The notes under the pieces: generated by a model
The model's database searches: none
The model's input: only the letters and a program-made list of their open reading frames with translations
Told to the model about the DNA's origin: nothing
Shown here: piece after piece, positions 1 through 8,344 of the stretch
Position numbering within the stretch: the first letter of the stretch is position 1
Layout of the letters: each line of letters opens with the position of its first letter
Origin: a virus
Taxonomy: Duplodnaviria > Caudoviricetes
Strand: one strand, 5' to 3'
Virus record (IMG/VR): IMGVR_UViG_3300032893_000068
Coordinates: 1-51,897 of that record
Length of the DNA: 51,897 nt
Made by a program: the position numbers and the translations under genes

Positions 1-431
1 GATGATTTTCAATACCGTGATCCAAAACTTGTAGAGTTGATTAAAGAACGCTACACTAGGGAGGCCGCTAATGCTTAAATTGTTCGTAGACGACATTCGT
101 AGATGTCCCGATGGATGGATACTAGCTCGTACCGTGACAGAGGCTATTCGTATCCTTGCTACGCAGGATGTTTCTGAAGTGAGGCTCAATCATAATATTA
201 TTTGTAAGCCAGAGACAGGAGAAAGTCATATAAGCTGGGAGACGTTTAAAGCTGTAGCTCGCTATTTAGCATTGCTCAATGTAGTGAGGGAACTCGACAA
301 CGGTATTCCAATCAAAGCTCATATTCATATAGCAAATGCGCAAGGCGGCAATCTGCCAAAAAGTTGTTGTTTATGAAATCAATGCCGGATAAAGGCCCAA
401 CTCATATCCAATATGATTCTCCATTTGGATT
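1..431. repeat. Terminal direct repeat, left copy (circular overlap or DTR)
   Basis: Matches 51467-51897. Identical over 1-366, then mismatches at 367, 372, 390, 399, 402 and 405. Confidence 0.95.
71..376 (+). CDS. Cyclic-phosphate-processing receiver (REC-like) domain protein, possibly degenerate or truncated
   Basis: MLKLFVDDIRRCPDGW...EAIRIL...RLNHNI...HIANAQG resembles the family pattern LFLDDxR.P.GW...SLDHDL...HSANPVG. Follows the LMW phosphatase gene across the repeat. Confidence 0.7.
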   Translation: MLKLFVDDIRRCPDGWILARTVTEAIRILATQDVSEVRLNHNIICKPETGESHISWETFKAVARYLALLNVVRELDNGIPIKAHIHIANAQGGNLPKSCCL

Positions 432-534
432 CTTGCTTCAATGGCCGTTGTGTTTCCATGTATGGTATCAGTTTAGACCCCAACAAACCGACATTAAAGG
501 AAAGCATATTCCTGAATATAAAGGATTGTTATGA
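373..534 (+). CDS. Small hypothetical protein or gene remnant (MKSMPDKGPTHIQYDSPFGFLLQWPLCFHVWYQFRPQQ...)
   Basis: Absent from the ORF track. All six differences between the repeat copies are synonymous in this frame. The stop overlaps the next ATG (ATGA). Confidence 0.6.
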   Translation: MKSMPDKGPTHIQYDSPFGFLLQWPLCFHVWYQFRPQQTDIKGKHIPEYKGLL

Positions 535-1013
535 AAACACCACTACAATATCTAAAAGACGAAGGATTGTTTGGTTGGAACTACTGGCATCTGATAAAAA
601 ATCCGCACAAACTATTCATTGAAATCTATTATCATATCAAGTGGTTCATTCAGAGAGGACGGCGGGGATGGGCTGATTGTGATGCTTGGAGTTTAGATCA
701 TTATTTGGCTAGTTGGATGCCGGAAGCTGTATTACGGCTCACAAAAGGCTCAGGATTTCCTGTGAACCTATACATGCAGATGTATCCATTGGCAGATCCG
801 TTTGGACAGAATTGGTCAAATGAGAATTGTAAGAGAGCACATGAAGAATGGGTGACGATTATTACGAAGATAGCGAAGGGATTTGCGGCAGGAAGGAAAA
901 TTCAAGAGCTTGATTTCGATTATCAAAAGCCGGAAGAAATGAAGGCTTTACAAGATGCACTGAATGAAGGGTTGGATCTATTCAATAAATATTATTTAAA
1001 TCTATGGAATTAA
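531..1013 (+). CDS. Hypothetical phage protein
   Basis: 160 aa ORF, AAGGA upstream, DCDAWSLDHYLA...GLDLFNKYYLNLW pattern typical of small phage proteins. Confidence 0.75.
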   Translation: MKTPLQYLKDEGLFGWNYWHLIKNPHKLFIEIYYHIKWFIQRGRRGWADCDAWSLDHYLASWMPEAVLRLTKGSGFPVNLYMQMYPLADPFGQNWSNENCKRAHEEWVTIITKIAKGFAAGRKIQELDFDYQKPEEMKALQDALNEGLDLFNKYYLNLWN

Positions 1014-1195
1014 TGAAAATTATATTTAGTTTTTTATTCATTGCTCGTGTTCTTATTCCAATGCACATTACCATTTATGATAATGTGGAATCGTGGGAGA
1101 AATTGGTAGGTTCGGAACAAATATATCTTCTTAAATTAAAGGGCGGAAAAGTGGTTGTTGTGCCGGTAATGTGGACTGTAATTGAGGAAAAATAA
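1013..1195 (+). CDS. Hypothetical protein, hydrophobic N-terminus
   Basis: TAATG coupling to the upstream gene. Confidence 0.55.
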   Translation: MKIIFSFLFIARVLIPMHITIYDNVESWEKLVGSEQIYLLKLKGGKVVVVPVMWTVIEEK

Positions 1196-1204
1196 GGAGG
1201 AAAG

Positions 1205-1360
1205 ATGAAAAAATTCAATGTATCATATACATATTCTATGTCAGATGAAGTGACAATTAAAGCTCGGAATGAAAAAGAGGCCATTAAGAAGTTTCGTGAA
1301 ATGTTTCCAAATGTTGATTTTGAGGATGTTTGGGAACTGAGAGAGACAACCAATGCTTAA
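1205..1360 (+). CDS. Hypothetical protein (51 aa, MKKFNVSYTYSMSDEVTIKARNEKEAIKKF...)
   Basis: AAGGAGG RBS. Below the ORF-track cutoff. Confidence 0.75.
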   Translation: MKKFNVSYTYSMSDEVTIKARNEKEAIKKFREMFPNVDFEDVWELRETTNA

Positions 1361-1466
1361 GTTGATTTGGTGTTTGCTGTTCCACCAATTTCATTATTGG
1401 GAGGAAGTAAATTTAAAATATCCACATCGCTTTGTTGGAATTCATTGTGGAAAATGTGGGGATTAG
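1353..1466 (+). CDS. Small Cys/His-rich protein (MLKLIWCLLFHQFHYW...HCGKCGD)
   Basis: Overlaps the upstream stop. C/H Zn-ribbon pattern. Confidence 0.5.
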   Translation: MLKLIWCLLFHQFHYWEEVNLKYPHRFVGIHCGKCGD

Positions 1467-1468
1467 GT

Positions 1469-1621
1469 ATGAAAATTCGCTTTACTGGGATATTTCCAGC
1501 ATTTTTTCTTGGGATTACTTTATCAAATAGGAATAGGTATTATGCGCTTGGTTTGGGATTTTGGTCCCTGGTATTGGATGGTTGGATGGATAAAATAGAG
1601 GTGGGAGATAATTCACTGTGA
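1469..1621 (+). CDS. Small hydrophobic hypothetical protein
   Basis: ATG inside ORF 1367..1621, packed between its neighbours. Confidence 0.45.
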   Translation: MKIRFTGIFPAFFLGITLSNRNRYYALGLGFWSLVLDGWMDKIEVGDNSL

Positions 1622-1643
1622 TGCTTCAAGTGCGGAGATTGAT

Positions 1644-1844
1644 ATGATTACTTTTGATTGTCATAGATACTTTTTAGGAAGGTGTAAGTATTGTAATCAA
1701 ATTCCACATGCAGCTAGAAGAAGTAGATATAACTATGCTTGGTGTGATAAAAAGCAAAAGAGGGACAATTTATTTGTCACTACTGACTGGAAAAAAGTTA
1801 AATGCAAAAAATGTAAAATAGCTGCTAAAAAATCAGACAGATGA
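1644..1844 (+). CDS. Small Cys-rich (Zn-binding) protein
   Basis: GGAG RBS; CKYC and CKKC motifs. Last gene of the plus arm. Confidence 0.6.
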   Translation: MITFDCHRYFLGRCKYCNQIPHAARRSRYNYAWCDKKQKRDNLFVTTDWKKVKCKKCKIAAKKSDR

Positions 1845-1862
1845 AAAGATAATAACTAGTTT

Positions 1863-2126
1863 CTAGTCTCCACTTCTACCATCTCGATACTGACAACTAC
1901 TACAATTACAGCCTTTCTTCCCTGGTTTGAATTTCACGGGAGGACGTAATTTTCCCTCATAATCCCAAGTAAACAGCCATTGGCATTCATTACATAGAAA
2001 GGTATTGTTCTGTCCCTTGACTAAGTATCCGAGGGAATCATCACAGACAGGACACTTAAGAGTTCTCCTGCCGTATCCGTACATGATACGGCTTATTTGA
2101 CGAGGAACTTTACGGCGATTTCGCAC
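1863..2126 (-). CDS. Zn-ribbon protein
   Basis: CPVC, CNEC and CNCSSC motifs. True start may be internal (MYGYG). Confidence 0.6.
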   Translation of the reverse strand: MRNRRKVPRQISRIMYGYGRRTLKCPVCDDSLGYLVKGQNNTFLCNECQWLFTWDYEGKLRPPVKFKPGKKGCNCSSCQYRDGRSGD

Positions 2127-2251
2127 AGTACCGCTACAAAAGCAGATGCACTAGAACCAATGCACAAATAGATGCCCTTCTTAATCCAATCTACATCGGC
2201 TTTAAGTGTGGCAACTTGCTGCATTAGAATGACAACTGTGTTTGTAGGCAT
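2093..2251 (-). CDS. Small membrane protein, XhlA/holin-like
   Basis: MPTNTVVILMQQVATLKADVDWIKKGIYLCIGSSASAFVAVLCEIAVKFLVK: short coiled coil followed by a C-terminal TM helix. AGGAG RBS. Confidence 0.6.
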   Translation of the reverse strand: MPTNTVVILMQQVATLKADVDWIKKGIYLCIGSSASAFVAVLCEIAVKFLVK

Positions 2252-2376
2252 GATACGTCTCCTAATTAGGTGTTAGAAATGTGCCAAGAGGATTTTTGAG
2301 GAAGTGGATTTTTATAGCGAGCCAGTGAGGGGCTGGCGAGCATACTTGGCAATGGAACCACTGAACCTATTTAGAT

Positions 2377-2538
2377 CTAGCTTTTGTTTTTCTTTAAATA
2401 CTCGTGTAACTTAGAACTCTCCTTGTGTTTATACTTGGGGAGTTTTTTACCCTTCGGTGTCTCTGCCTCCCATCTTTTTGCTATCTCTGGGAGCTGTGAA
2501 AACATAAATTTTCTTTGCTGCTCGGATTGGAACGGCAT
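2377..2538 (-). CDS. Small basic phage protein (MPFQSEQQRKFMFSQLPEIAKRWEAETPKGKKLP...)
   Basis: Recognisable MPFxSxxQR...AKRW motif of small phage late proteins. Below the ORF-track cutoff. Confidence 0.75.
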   Translation of the reverse strand: MPFQSEQQRKFMFSQLPEIAKRWEAETPKGKKLPKYKHKESSKLHEYLKKNKS

Positions 2539-2539
2539 A

Positions 2540-2926
2540 TTACTTTGGAGAAACCATAAAAAGATTTACACCAAGATTTACATCTTGAGTATTTCCAGTA
2601 CTTGTATACTTTAATCGGACATAAAGGCCCGCTGGAATGCTTGAAGTCATATCACTTTTTACCACCCAATAATTTTGATTCATGGGTACAAACCATTTTT
2701 TAATCCATGTCGCTACCACAAAGTCATTTCCATAACCTAAAATATTATCCACATCAACCAGCATCATTTCTATAAAATCACCAAAACAAGAATTTTCATA
2801 AACCATTTCTGCGCCATAAATCATTCTTGTTTCATCAAGTTGATAATCAAATGATGTAGTTGTATTTTTAGTTGCTGTTCCTGAGAATGAATCTCCTAAA
2901 AAGCGATAAGTTGTATCAATCAGCAT
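2540..2926 (-). CDS. Putative virion protein
   Basis: 128 aa, beta-rich, in the late operon with an AAGGA RBS. Confidence 0.7.
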   Translation of the reverse strand: MLIDTTYRFLGDSFSGTATKNTTTSFDYQLDETRMIYGAEMVYENSCFGDFIEMMLVDVDNILGYGNDFVVATWIKKWFVPMNQNYWVVKSDMTSSIPAGLYVRLKYTSTGNTQDVNLGVNLFMVSPK

Positions 2927-2934
2927 AACTTTCC

Positions 2935-3771
2935 TTATTCATATACAACAACAATATCAGGCCCCGACGTTGTGACGATTGTGAGTCCTGTTGTGAATGG
3001 TATATCGTAAAAAATGGTCCCTTGGGGATTTGTGCCACTTAGTGTATGAATAATGGTTCCTGAACCTGCAGTATTGTCATAAATCGTGACGTTTCCACCC
3101 TGTGATTTAATAATACGACGTAACACACCCGCCCCTGATTTAACAGTTACAGTTGTGTTTGTGCTTATACGAGTATAGGTAGTAGTAGGCCCAAGTTCTG
3201 TGGTAGGAACATTTGTTTGATTACTAGCAATCGCTATAGGAACACTAGCAGACAGTATAGTTTGTCCAAGCGTGATTGCAGTACCACCAACTTTTGCTAA
3301 GTTTCCATTGGTAGAACCGTCTGAATTTACACTTGCAATGTTTGTTCCATCAGTGCGTTTAATCGGCCAAGCGTTTGCTACGGTGTTAGCTGAGCCTTGG
3401 GTTGCTGTTACTGTTCCACTGACAGGTTGAGTAACGGCAGAACCATCTACTTTAGCTGCTCCGGCGGCTGAGATGCTAAGAGTATTGGTTCCACCTGAGT
3501 CAATAACTTTTGTTTTTTGTGTTCCGCCTGTTAGGGTGGCATCTAAGGCCAATCCATTGGTTGTACCAATGTTAGCAGTAACTGTACCATCAACAGTTAA
3601 ACTCCCATTATTGTCATTAACAGGAATAACTGTTTGGTTGGACGCAAGCACAACAGGAACAGAGCCGGTCATTGTTGTTTGACCGAGTAACTCTGTTCCC
3701 GTCGAGGTTCTTAGATTTACTTCTTCTGCGCCGTTACTATCAACATCAGGATCGTGATAGACGCCACTCAT
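2935..3771 (-). CDS. Thr/Gly/Val-rich fibre or decoration protein
   Basis: VDGSAVTQPVSGTVTA and GQTTM..SVPVVLASNQ modules, C-terminal beta-sandwich. Confidence 0.75.
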   Translation of the reverse strand: MSGVYHDPDVDSNGAEEVNLRTSTGTELLGQTTMTGSVPVVLASNQTVIPVNDNNGSLTVDGTVTANIGTTNGLALDATLTGGTQKTKVIDSGGTNTLSISAAGAAKVDGSAVTQPVSGTVTATQGSANTVANAWPIKRTDGTNIASVNSDGSTNGNLAKVGGTAITLGQTILSASVPIAIASNQTNVPTTELGPTTTYTRISTNTTVTVKSGAGVLRRIIKSQGGNVTIYDNTAGSGTIIHTLSGTNPQGTIFYDIPFTTGLTIVTTSGPDIVVVYE

Positions 3772-3774
3772 GGA

Positions 3775-4437
3775 TTAAACTCCGATTGTTGTAACCTGCA
3801 CGTTGGTCGTACCAGACTGTTTCGCAGCTGTGATTACGCCATAATAAGTGTCAACTTCGAGGGTTGTATTGGCTGTTAGACGATAAGAATAGTCTGTACT
3901 AGATGCCGCTGACCCTAATTTAACATAGAGTGTTCCAGCTTCATTGAAAATAACAATTTTGATTCTAGCAGAGTTGGATGTTGCGAGTGTAACAGCAGAT
4001 GTTCCAACCGAGTTAGATGTTACGGTAGCAGTGCCAGTCCCACCTTGAACAACCGGCAAAGCCGATTGATCGGAGGCAATAACAACTGGGGTACTATTAG
4101 CCATAGTTTTTTGGCCAAAGGTATTAATTCTACCAGTAAATGTTGCGCTGGTTAAAAGAGTCGCAAGTGTTGCTTCCGTAGCTGCACCCGTGGGAAGTGG
4201 CAATGCAGCAGCAGATATTGGTTGTGTATGAGCCGAACCATCAACCAAGAATGTACCAGTACCAGCATTAGCTGTTACTGTGCCTGAAACTGGCTGTGTG
4301 TGGGCTGACCCATCAACAAGAAAGGTGCCTGTTCCTGCATTAGCAGTTACAGTACCTGAGACTGGTTGTGTTACACCAGAACCGTCAACTGGTAAGGGTG
4401 TATTAGAAACTACTTCTTCATTTGTAAACAATGGCAT
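3775..4437 (-). CDS. Fibre or decoration protein with tandem 24-aa repeats
   Basis: TQPVSGTVTANAGTGTFLVDGSAH occurs twice in tandem. Shares modules with 2935..3771. Confidence 0.75.
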   Translation of the reverse strand: MPLFTNEEVVSNTPLPVDGSGVTQPVSGTVTANAGTGTFLVDGSAHTQPVSGTVTANAGTGTFLVDGSAHTQPISAAALPLPTGAATEATLATLLTSATFTGRINTFGQKTMANSTPVVIASDQSALPVVQGGTGTATVTSNSVGTSAVTLATSNSARIKIVIFNEAGTLYVKLGSAASSTDYSYRLTANTTLEVDTYYGVITAAKQSGTTNVQVTTIGV

Positions 4438-4447
4438 TTAATTTCTC

Positions 4448-4843
4448 CTAGGAAAACTCAGTAACTTGGATTGCACCGTTTGTACTTGAGCTAATTACGT
4501 CGATTTGCCCAACAAAAATTGGTTGAGCTACTTCATAAAATACTTGTGGGACTAATTTGACTGTAAAATCTGTGGTAGACGCTGTGACTCCCATTTTTAC
4601 ATATTGGGTGGCTGTACTGTCATTATAAAAAAGTAATCCTTTTCTTAAAGGATTTGCAGCAACAAGTGTGACACTAGTAAGTGATGATGGTACTCGTGAA
4701 ACTACCGAATTGGTTACAGTAGTAGTTATTACCAGTGTTCCGGTAACTGGAACTGGACTAGGACTAACAATATTAACATCTTGTGTCCCACTGGGAATAA
4801 ATGTGCCTGTTACAGGTAATGGAGTTTTAAAATTACTTGGCAT
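4448..4843 (-). CDS. Small beta-sandwich virion protein
   Basis: NPLRKGLLFYNDSTATQYVKMG resembles the C-terminus of 3775..4437. Confidence 0.7.
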   Translation of the reverse strand: MPSNFKTPLPVTGTFIPSGTQDVNIVSPSPVPVTGTLVITTTVTNSVVSRVPSSLTSVTLVAANPLRKGLLFYNDSTATQYVKMGVTASTTDFTVKLVPQVFYEVAQPIFVGQIDVISSSTNGAIQVTEFS

Positions 4844-5154
4844 TATAACTGCTCCATAAATACCGTGTAACTAATTAATTGATCTGTAGTTTCTGGATGC
4901 TGCCCATAAAGCTGAATAACATAATAGGGCTGTAGTCCAATCTCAGACCCAAAAGTTAGTTGTATTGTTGGCATTGATGCGCTTGTTCTTCCACCAGCTA
5001 CCCAGTCAGTATTTTTATACAAACTGAACTCCACATCTGCTGTTCCCCAAATAATAATGCTAGGAACCTGCATTGCCACATTTGCAGGAACAATATACTG
5101 AAATAAAAGCTGGTTGGTATTAGGTGCGACAGTCACCGTTCCGGTGTGTAACAT
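4843..5154 (-). CDS. Putative virion protein
   Basis: GAGGG RBS, beta-rich, coupled to the next gene. Confidence 0.65.
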   Translation of the reverse strand: MLHTGTVTVAPNTNQLLFQYIVPANVAMQVPSIIIWGTADVEFSLYKNTDWVAGGRTSASMPTIQLTFGSEIGLQPYYVIQLYGQHPETTDQLISYTVFMEQL

Positions 5155-5167
5155 TTTCTACCCTCAA

Positions 5168-6877
5168 TTACTGATTGATATTCTCTGCTTGTTCATTCAC
5201 AAGTTTCTGATAATCTGGATCACTTGTAGAAAGAACGAAGTGTGTAGCGGCTAACTGATTGCCTCCCTGCTTCGCAGCATTTGCCAAAATAGCTCCGTAC
5301 TTATTTAGTGCGGCATTTGCTGAGCTTCCTCTAAATTTGATGTATTGATCGAGGATGCTTTTAGCCATTCTTCCTCCATCAACACTATGTCCTACCAAAC
5401 CTCCCAACAAAGAGCCGACCAAACGGCCTCCTGGGATGTTGGATATAGCACCAGCCCCATATCCCAAAGTGTGATACAGAACATTGGCTCCTTGTCCACC
5501 GCCAGGTTGATTGAATCTTCCTGCAATTTCAGCTTTCTTTGCTAAGTCAAGAAAATCAATTCCTGTCAACTCTTTCAGATGTTCCAAATAGGCTTGGCTC
5601 TCTGGTTTCTGATCGCCAATGAGTCCTTGCACTTTACCAATCGTAGCATCTGTAGGTTTGTAGCCTTCTGGTGTTTCTTCCAGTTTAAATTTGTCTGCAA
5701 TGTCTCCAAGGAGTTCTTTACGCTCGGCCACGGGTTGAATAGCTTCAGCATAAGGCTCATTTGCTGTTTTGAGTTCCTTATTCAAGGCTCCGCTGAGATT
5801 CCGCATGGCCCCTTTAGATGCAGCAACATCTGATCCTTCACCAAATGAACTACGAGCAATGTTTTGAAGCTCTACGATTTGATCCTTTAGATCAGCCTCC
5901 GTAAGCTTTCCACCATTAGCCTGAGCAATTTGGGCAAGTCTATCATACTGCTTATCAAGAGCATTAACAGCAGCTTGAGCAGCGTCCGATTTTGGTACAC
6001 CATTCTGTAAATATCTCTCTTTGAGTTGATCAAAAATTGGCTTTAGTGTATCAACGTCAGTAGGTGCCTGTTCAGCAGCCGCTTTGATTATTGGTTTCCC
6101 AAATTGATCGACAAGTCCTGTGTTAGTTGGGGCAGCAGAAGGAGTTTTAATTGGAGCAGAAATTGGTGTTGCTTCAGGATTGATGAGATTGCGAGCATTG
6201 GCACTCATCTGTTCTGTCTCTTTTCCCAATCCAGTTGTCGTTTCAGCTAGTTTGTTAGCCAAACCAGTTTTGTCCAAAGCATTGTTGATGGCTTCAGGAT
6301 TCTCTAAATAGGATGTAACATCTGCTCTTGTAGGCGCACCGATTGAAGCTACACCAGCTTTTCCAGCAGCAGAAAGCCCTGAAGTGAGTAAATTGCTTGC
6401 TCCTTGTAGCACAGCTCCCGTAACAGCTCCTGTAGCAGCTCCTTTAGTCACCTTTGCCATAATATCAGCAGGACGTTCAGCTATATCAGCCCCTGAAGCA
6501 GCTCCAGTGATGGCACCAGCAGCTAATGCACCTGGAATGGTGGCAGGAGCGGCTAAAGCAGCCGCAGCCCCAGTTCCCACGATTCCTGTAGTCTTTCCAG
6601 CACCATAGGCAACAGGATGGGCATTCCAAGCCTCATTCTTGGCATTTTCAAGCTCTTGATGAGCCTGTTCATACGTTTTGTCAGGAGATAGGGATTCAAG
6701 CCATGAAATTGCACTTTCAGCACCAGGAACGCCTGACATAAAGCCCAAAGCCCCTGATTTCAGTATTCCTGGCCCTTCTTCTCCATTCAGTTGCTTCAGG
6801 AGGTTTGGATCAGTTACTTCAGTGCCTTGACCTTCGTTGAGTTGTTTTAAAATTTCTGGATCGGTAACTTCTTGCAT
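5168..6877 (-). CDS. Internal virion / ejection protein
   Basis: 569 aa, Ala/Gly-rich and helical, with an N-terminal EVTDPxLLKQLN repeat. Lies downstream of the tail genes. Confidence 0.65.
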   Translation of the reverse strand: MQEVTDPEILKQLNEGQGTEVTDPNLLKQLNGEEGPGILKSGALGFMSGVPGAESAISWLESLSPDKTYEQAHQELENAKNEAWNAHPVAYGAGKTTGIVGTGAAAALAAPATIPGALAAGAITGAASGADIAERPADIMAKVTKGAATGAVTGAVLQGASNLLTSGLSAAGKAGVASIGAPTRADVTSYLENPEAINNALDKTGLANKLAETTTGLGKETEQMSANARNLINPEATPISAPIKTPSAAPTNTGLVDQFGKPIIKAAAEQAPTDVDTLKPIFDQLKERYLQNGVPKSDAAQAAVNALDKQYDRLAQIAQANGGKLTEADLKDQIVELQNIARSSFGEGSDVAASKGAMRNLSGALNKELKTANEPYAEAIQPVAERKELLGDIADKFKLEETPEGYKPTDATIGKVQGLIGDQKPESQAYLEHLKELTGIDFLDLAKKAEIAGRFNQPGGGQGANVLYHTLGYGAGAISNIPGGRLVGSLLGGLVGHSVDGGRMAKSILDQYIKFRGSSANAALNKYGAILANAAKQGGNQLAATHFVLSTSDPDYQKLVNEQAENINQ

Positions 6878-6886
6878 TTTATTCCC

Positions 6887-8344
6887 TTATTGGGTGTACC
6901 ATTTTCCATCTTTCTGAATGTATGTCTTTCCACCGATTGTCTTGGTTACAGGTGCAGCATTTCCCCCAGCAGTGGGAACTTGGCCTCCATGCTGGGAAAT
7001 ATAGTCCTTCACACTGTTGCCAAATGTTTGATTTAGCAAACGATCACGCTGGTCTTTATTCAATCCAGACGGCGCTGTGGCTTTCTGTTGATCCAAATAG
7101 TTATTTCTCAAATCTTCCGACACAGTTCCCTGTCTTTCAATTGAGTGACGAAGATTCTGAAACACAGACTGAGTTGAGCCACCCAAGGTTTTTGGATCAA
7201 ACCCAAGATAGGTTAAGGCTCCATTTAGATCGCCTTTGGCTGTTCTGGATTCAATTTCTCTACGTGTTCCTTCAGATGCCTGTCCTGTCGGAGAAATTAC
7301 ATTCGCCAAACCAAGAGCTAATTCTGCATACTGAGAATTCGGAATATTGTAGTTGCCATTCTTATCTTTGTACTGATCCATCAAGTTTAGTAAGTGGATT
7401 GATCCATTCACTTTGGCATCTTGCTGTCCAATCTGTCCATTACGAGCTTTGGTAAGATTGTCTACCCATTCACGAGTTTCTTTTTCAAGCTTGTCTTGAC
7501 GATTGGCATTCATCATCGTCATCTGCATTTCTTTGTTGGCTTGAATTTGTTTTAGTTGCAGTTCTTTCATGTCCTTCTGATTTTGCATTGCAGCCAATTT
7601 CTCAATGGCAGGAATCTGTTCAGCAATTTGGGCTGCACTTCTTCCTTGAATCATCGGATCATTTGGATCTTTCTGTAAAAATTTACTCAGCAATCCCTGA
7701 TACTGCTTAGAAATATCTGAATTCGGATCATGACGAAGCTTATCTTCAAATTGTTGCTTAGCTTCAGCCGTATCTTTTTCTTCTCTTTCTCCTTCAGCCT
7801 TAGCATGCCCTTGTGAGACATTGGCTCCAAAAGCAGAAGCAGCCCCAGCTACAGCATCAGAAGCCTGAGCCAAAGCCATAGGAAGGATATTGAGTTTACG
7901 CCGTTTATTTAATTCATCCAGCATAGCCTTACGTTGAGCATCATCATTTGATGTTGCAAGTCCCTGGATTACATCTTTGTTAGACAAATCTGGATCAACA
8001 CTATTTTCATCTTCTTCCTCATCACCCGATTCAGCCTGTTTTGGTGTTACTTTGGGCATTGATGCAGACGGAGGAGGTGTTGGTGTTGCTTGTGAATTCA
8101 TGTCCGGTGGGGTTGTCGGAGCAGGAATCGAAGACATATTTCCATTCTGTGTTACTGTATTGTCCGATGTATTCACATCGAATGAAGAAGGAATTGAATT
8201 CGCATCAGGAATATTCAAATTTGTACTAGGCATAGTGAGTTGCGGCGCAACCGGAGCTAATGGTGTATTACCCAATACCTGTTGCACCTTATCAGGGTTT
8301 TGGCCCTGAAAAAGCTCTTTAAGTTTCTCGTAATAGTTTTCCAT
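6887..8344 (-). CDS. Internal virion / ejection protein
   Basis: 485 aa with a low-complexity N-terminus, coiled coils and a C-terminal KTIGGKTYIQKDGKWY hairpin. Confidence 0.65.
   Translation of the reverse strand: MENYYEKLKELFQGQNPDKVQQVLGNTPLAPVAPQLTMPSTNLNIPDANSIPSSFDVNTSDNTVTQNGNMSSIPAPTTPPDMNSQATPTPPPSASMPKVTPKQAESGDEEEDENSVDPDLSNKDVIQGLATSNDDAQRKAMLDELNKRRKLNILPMALAQASDAVAGAASAFGANVSQGHAKAEGEREEKDTAEAKQQFEDKLRHDPNSDISKQYQGLLSKFLQKDPNDPMIQGRSAAQIAEQIPAIEKLAAMQNQKDMKELQLKQIQANKEMQMTMMNANRQDKLEKETREWVDNLTKARNGQIGQQDAKVNGSIHLLNLMDQYKDKNGNYNIPNSQYAELALGLANVISPTGQASEGTRREIESRTAKGDLNGALTYLGFDPKTLGGSTQSVFQNLRHSIERQGTVSEDLRNNYLDQQKATAPSGLNKDQRDRLLNQTFGNSVKDYISQHGGQVPTAGGNAAPVTKTIGGKTYIQKDGKWYTQ

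Noticed and set aside
361-431. Diversity-generating retroelement TR/VR pair suggested by mostly T/C mismatches between the repeat copies
   Set aside because: No reverse transcriptase is present. All changes are synonymous transitions and one is on the opposite strand, unlike A-to-N diversification.
3176-3192. Fourth copy of the promoter motif (AGTAGTAGGC)
   Set aside because: It lacks the TTGTCTGT block and TAAT, and is explained by Gly-Pro-Thr-Thr codons.
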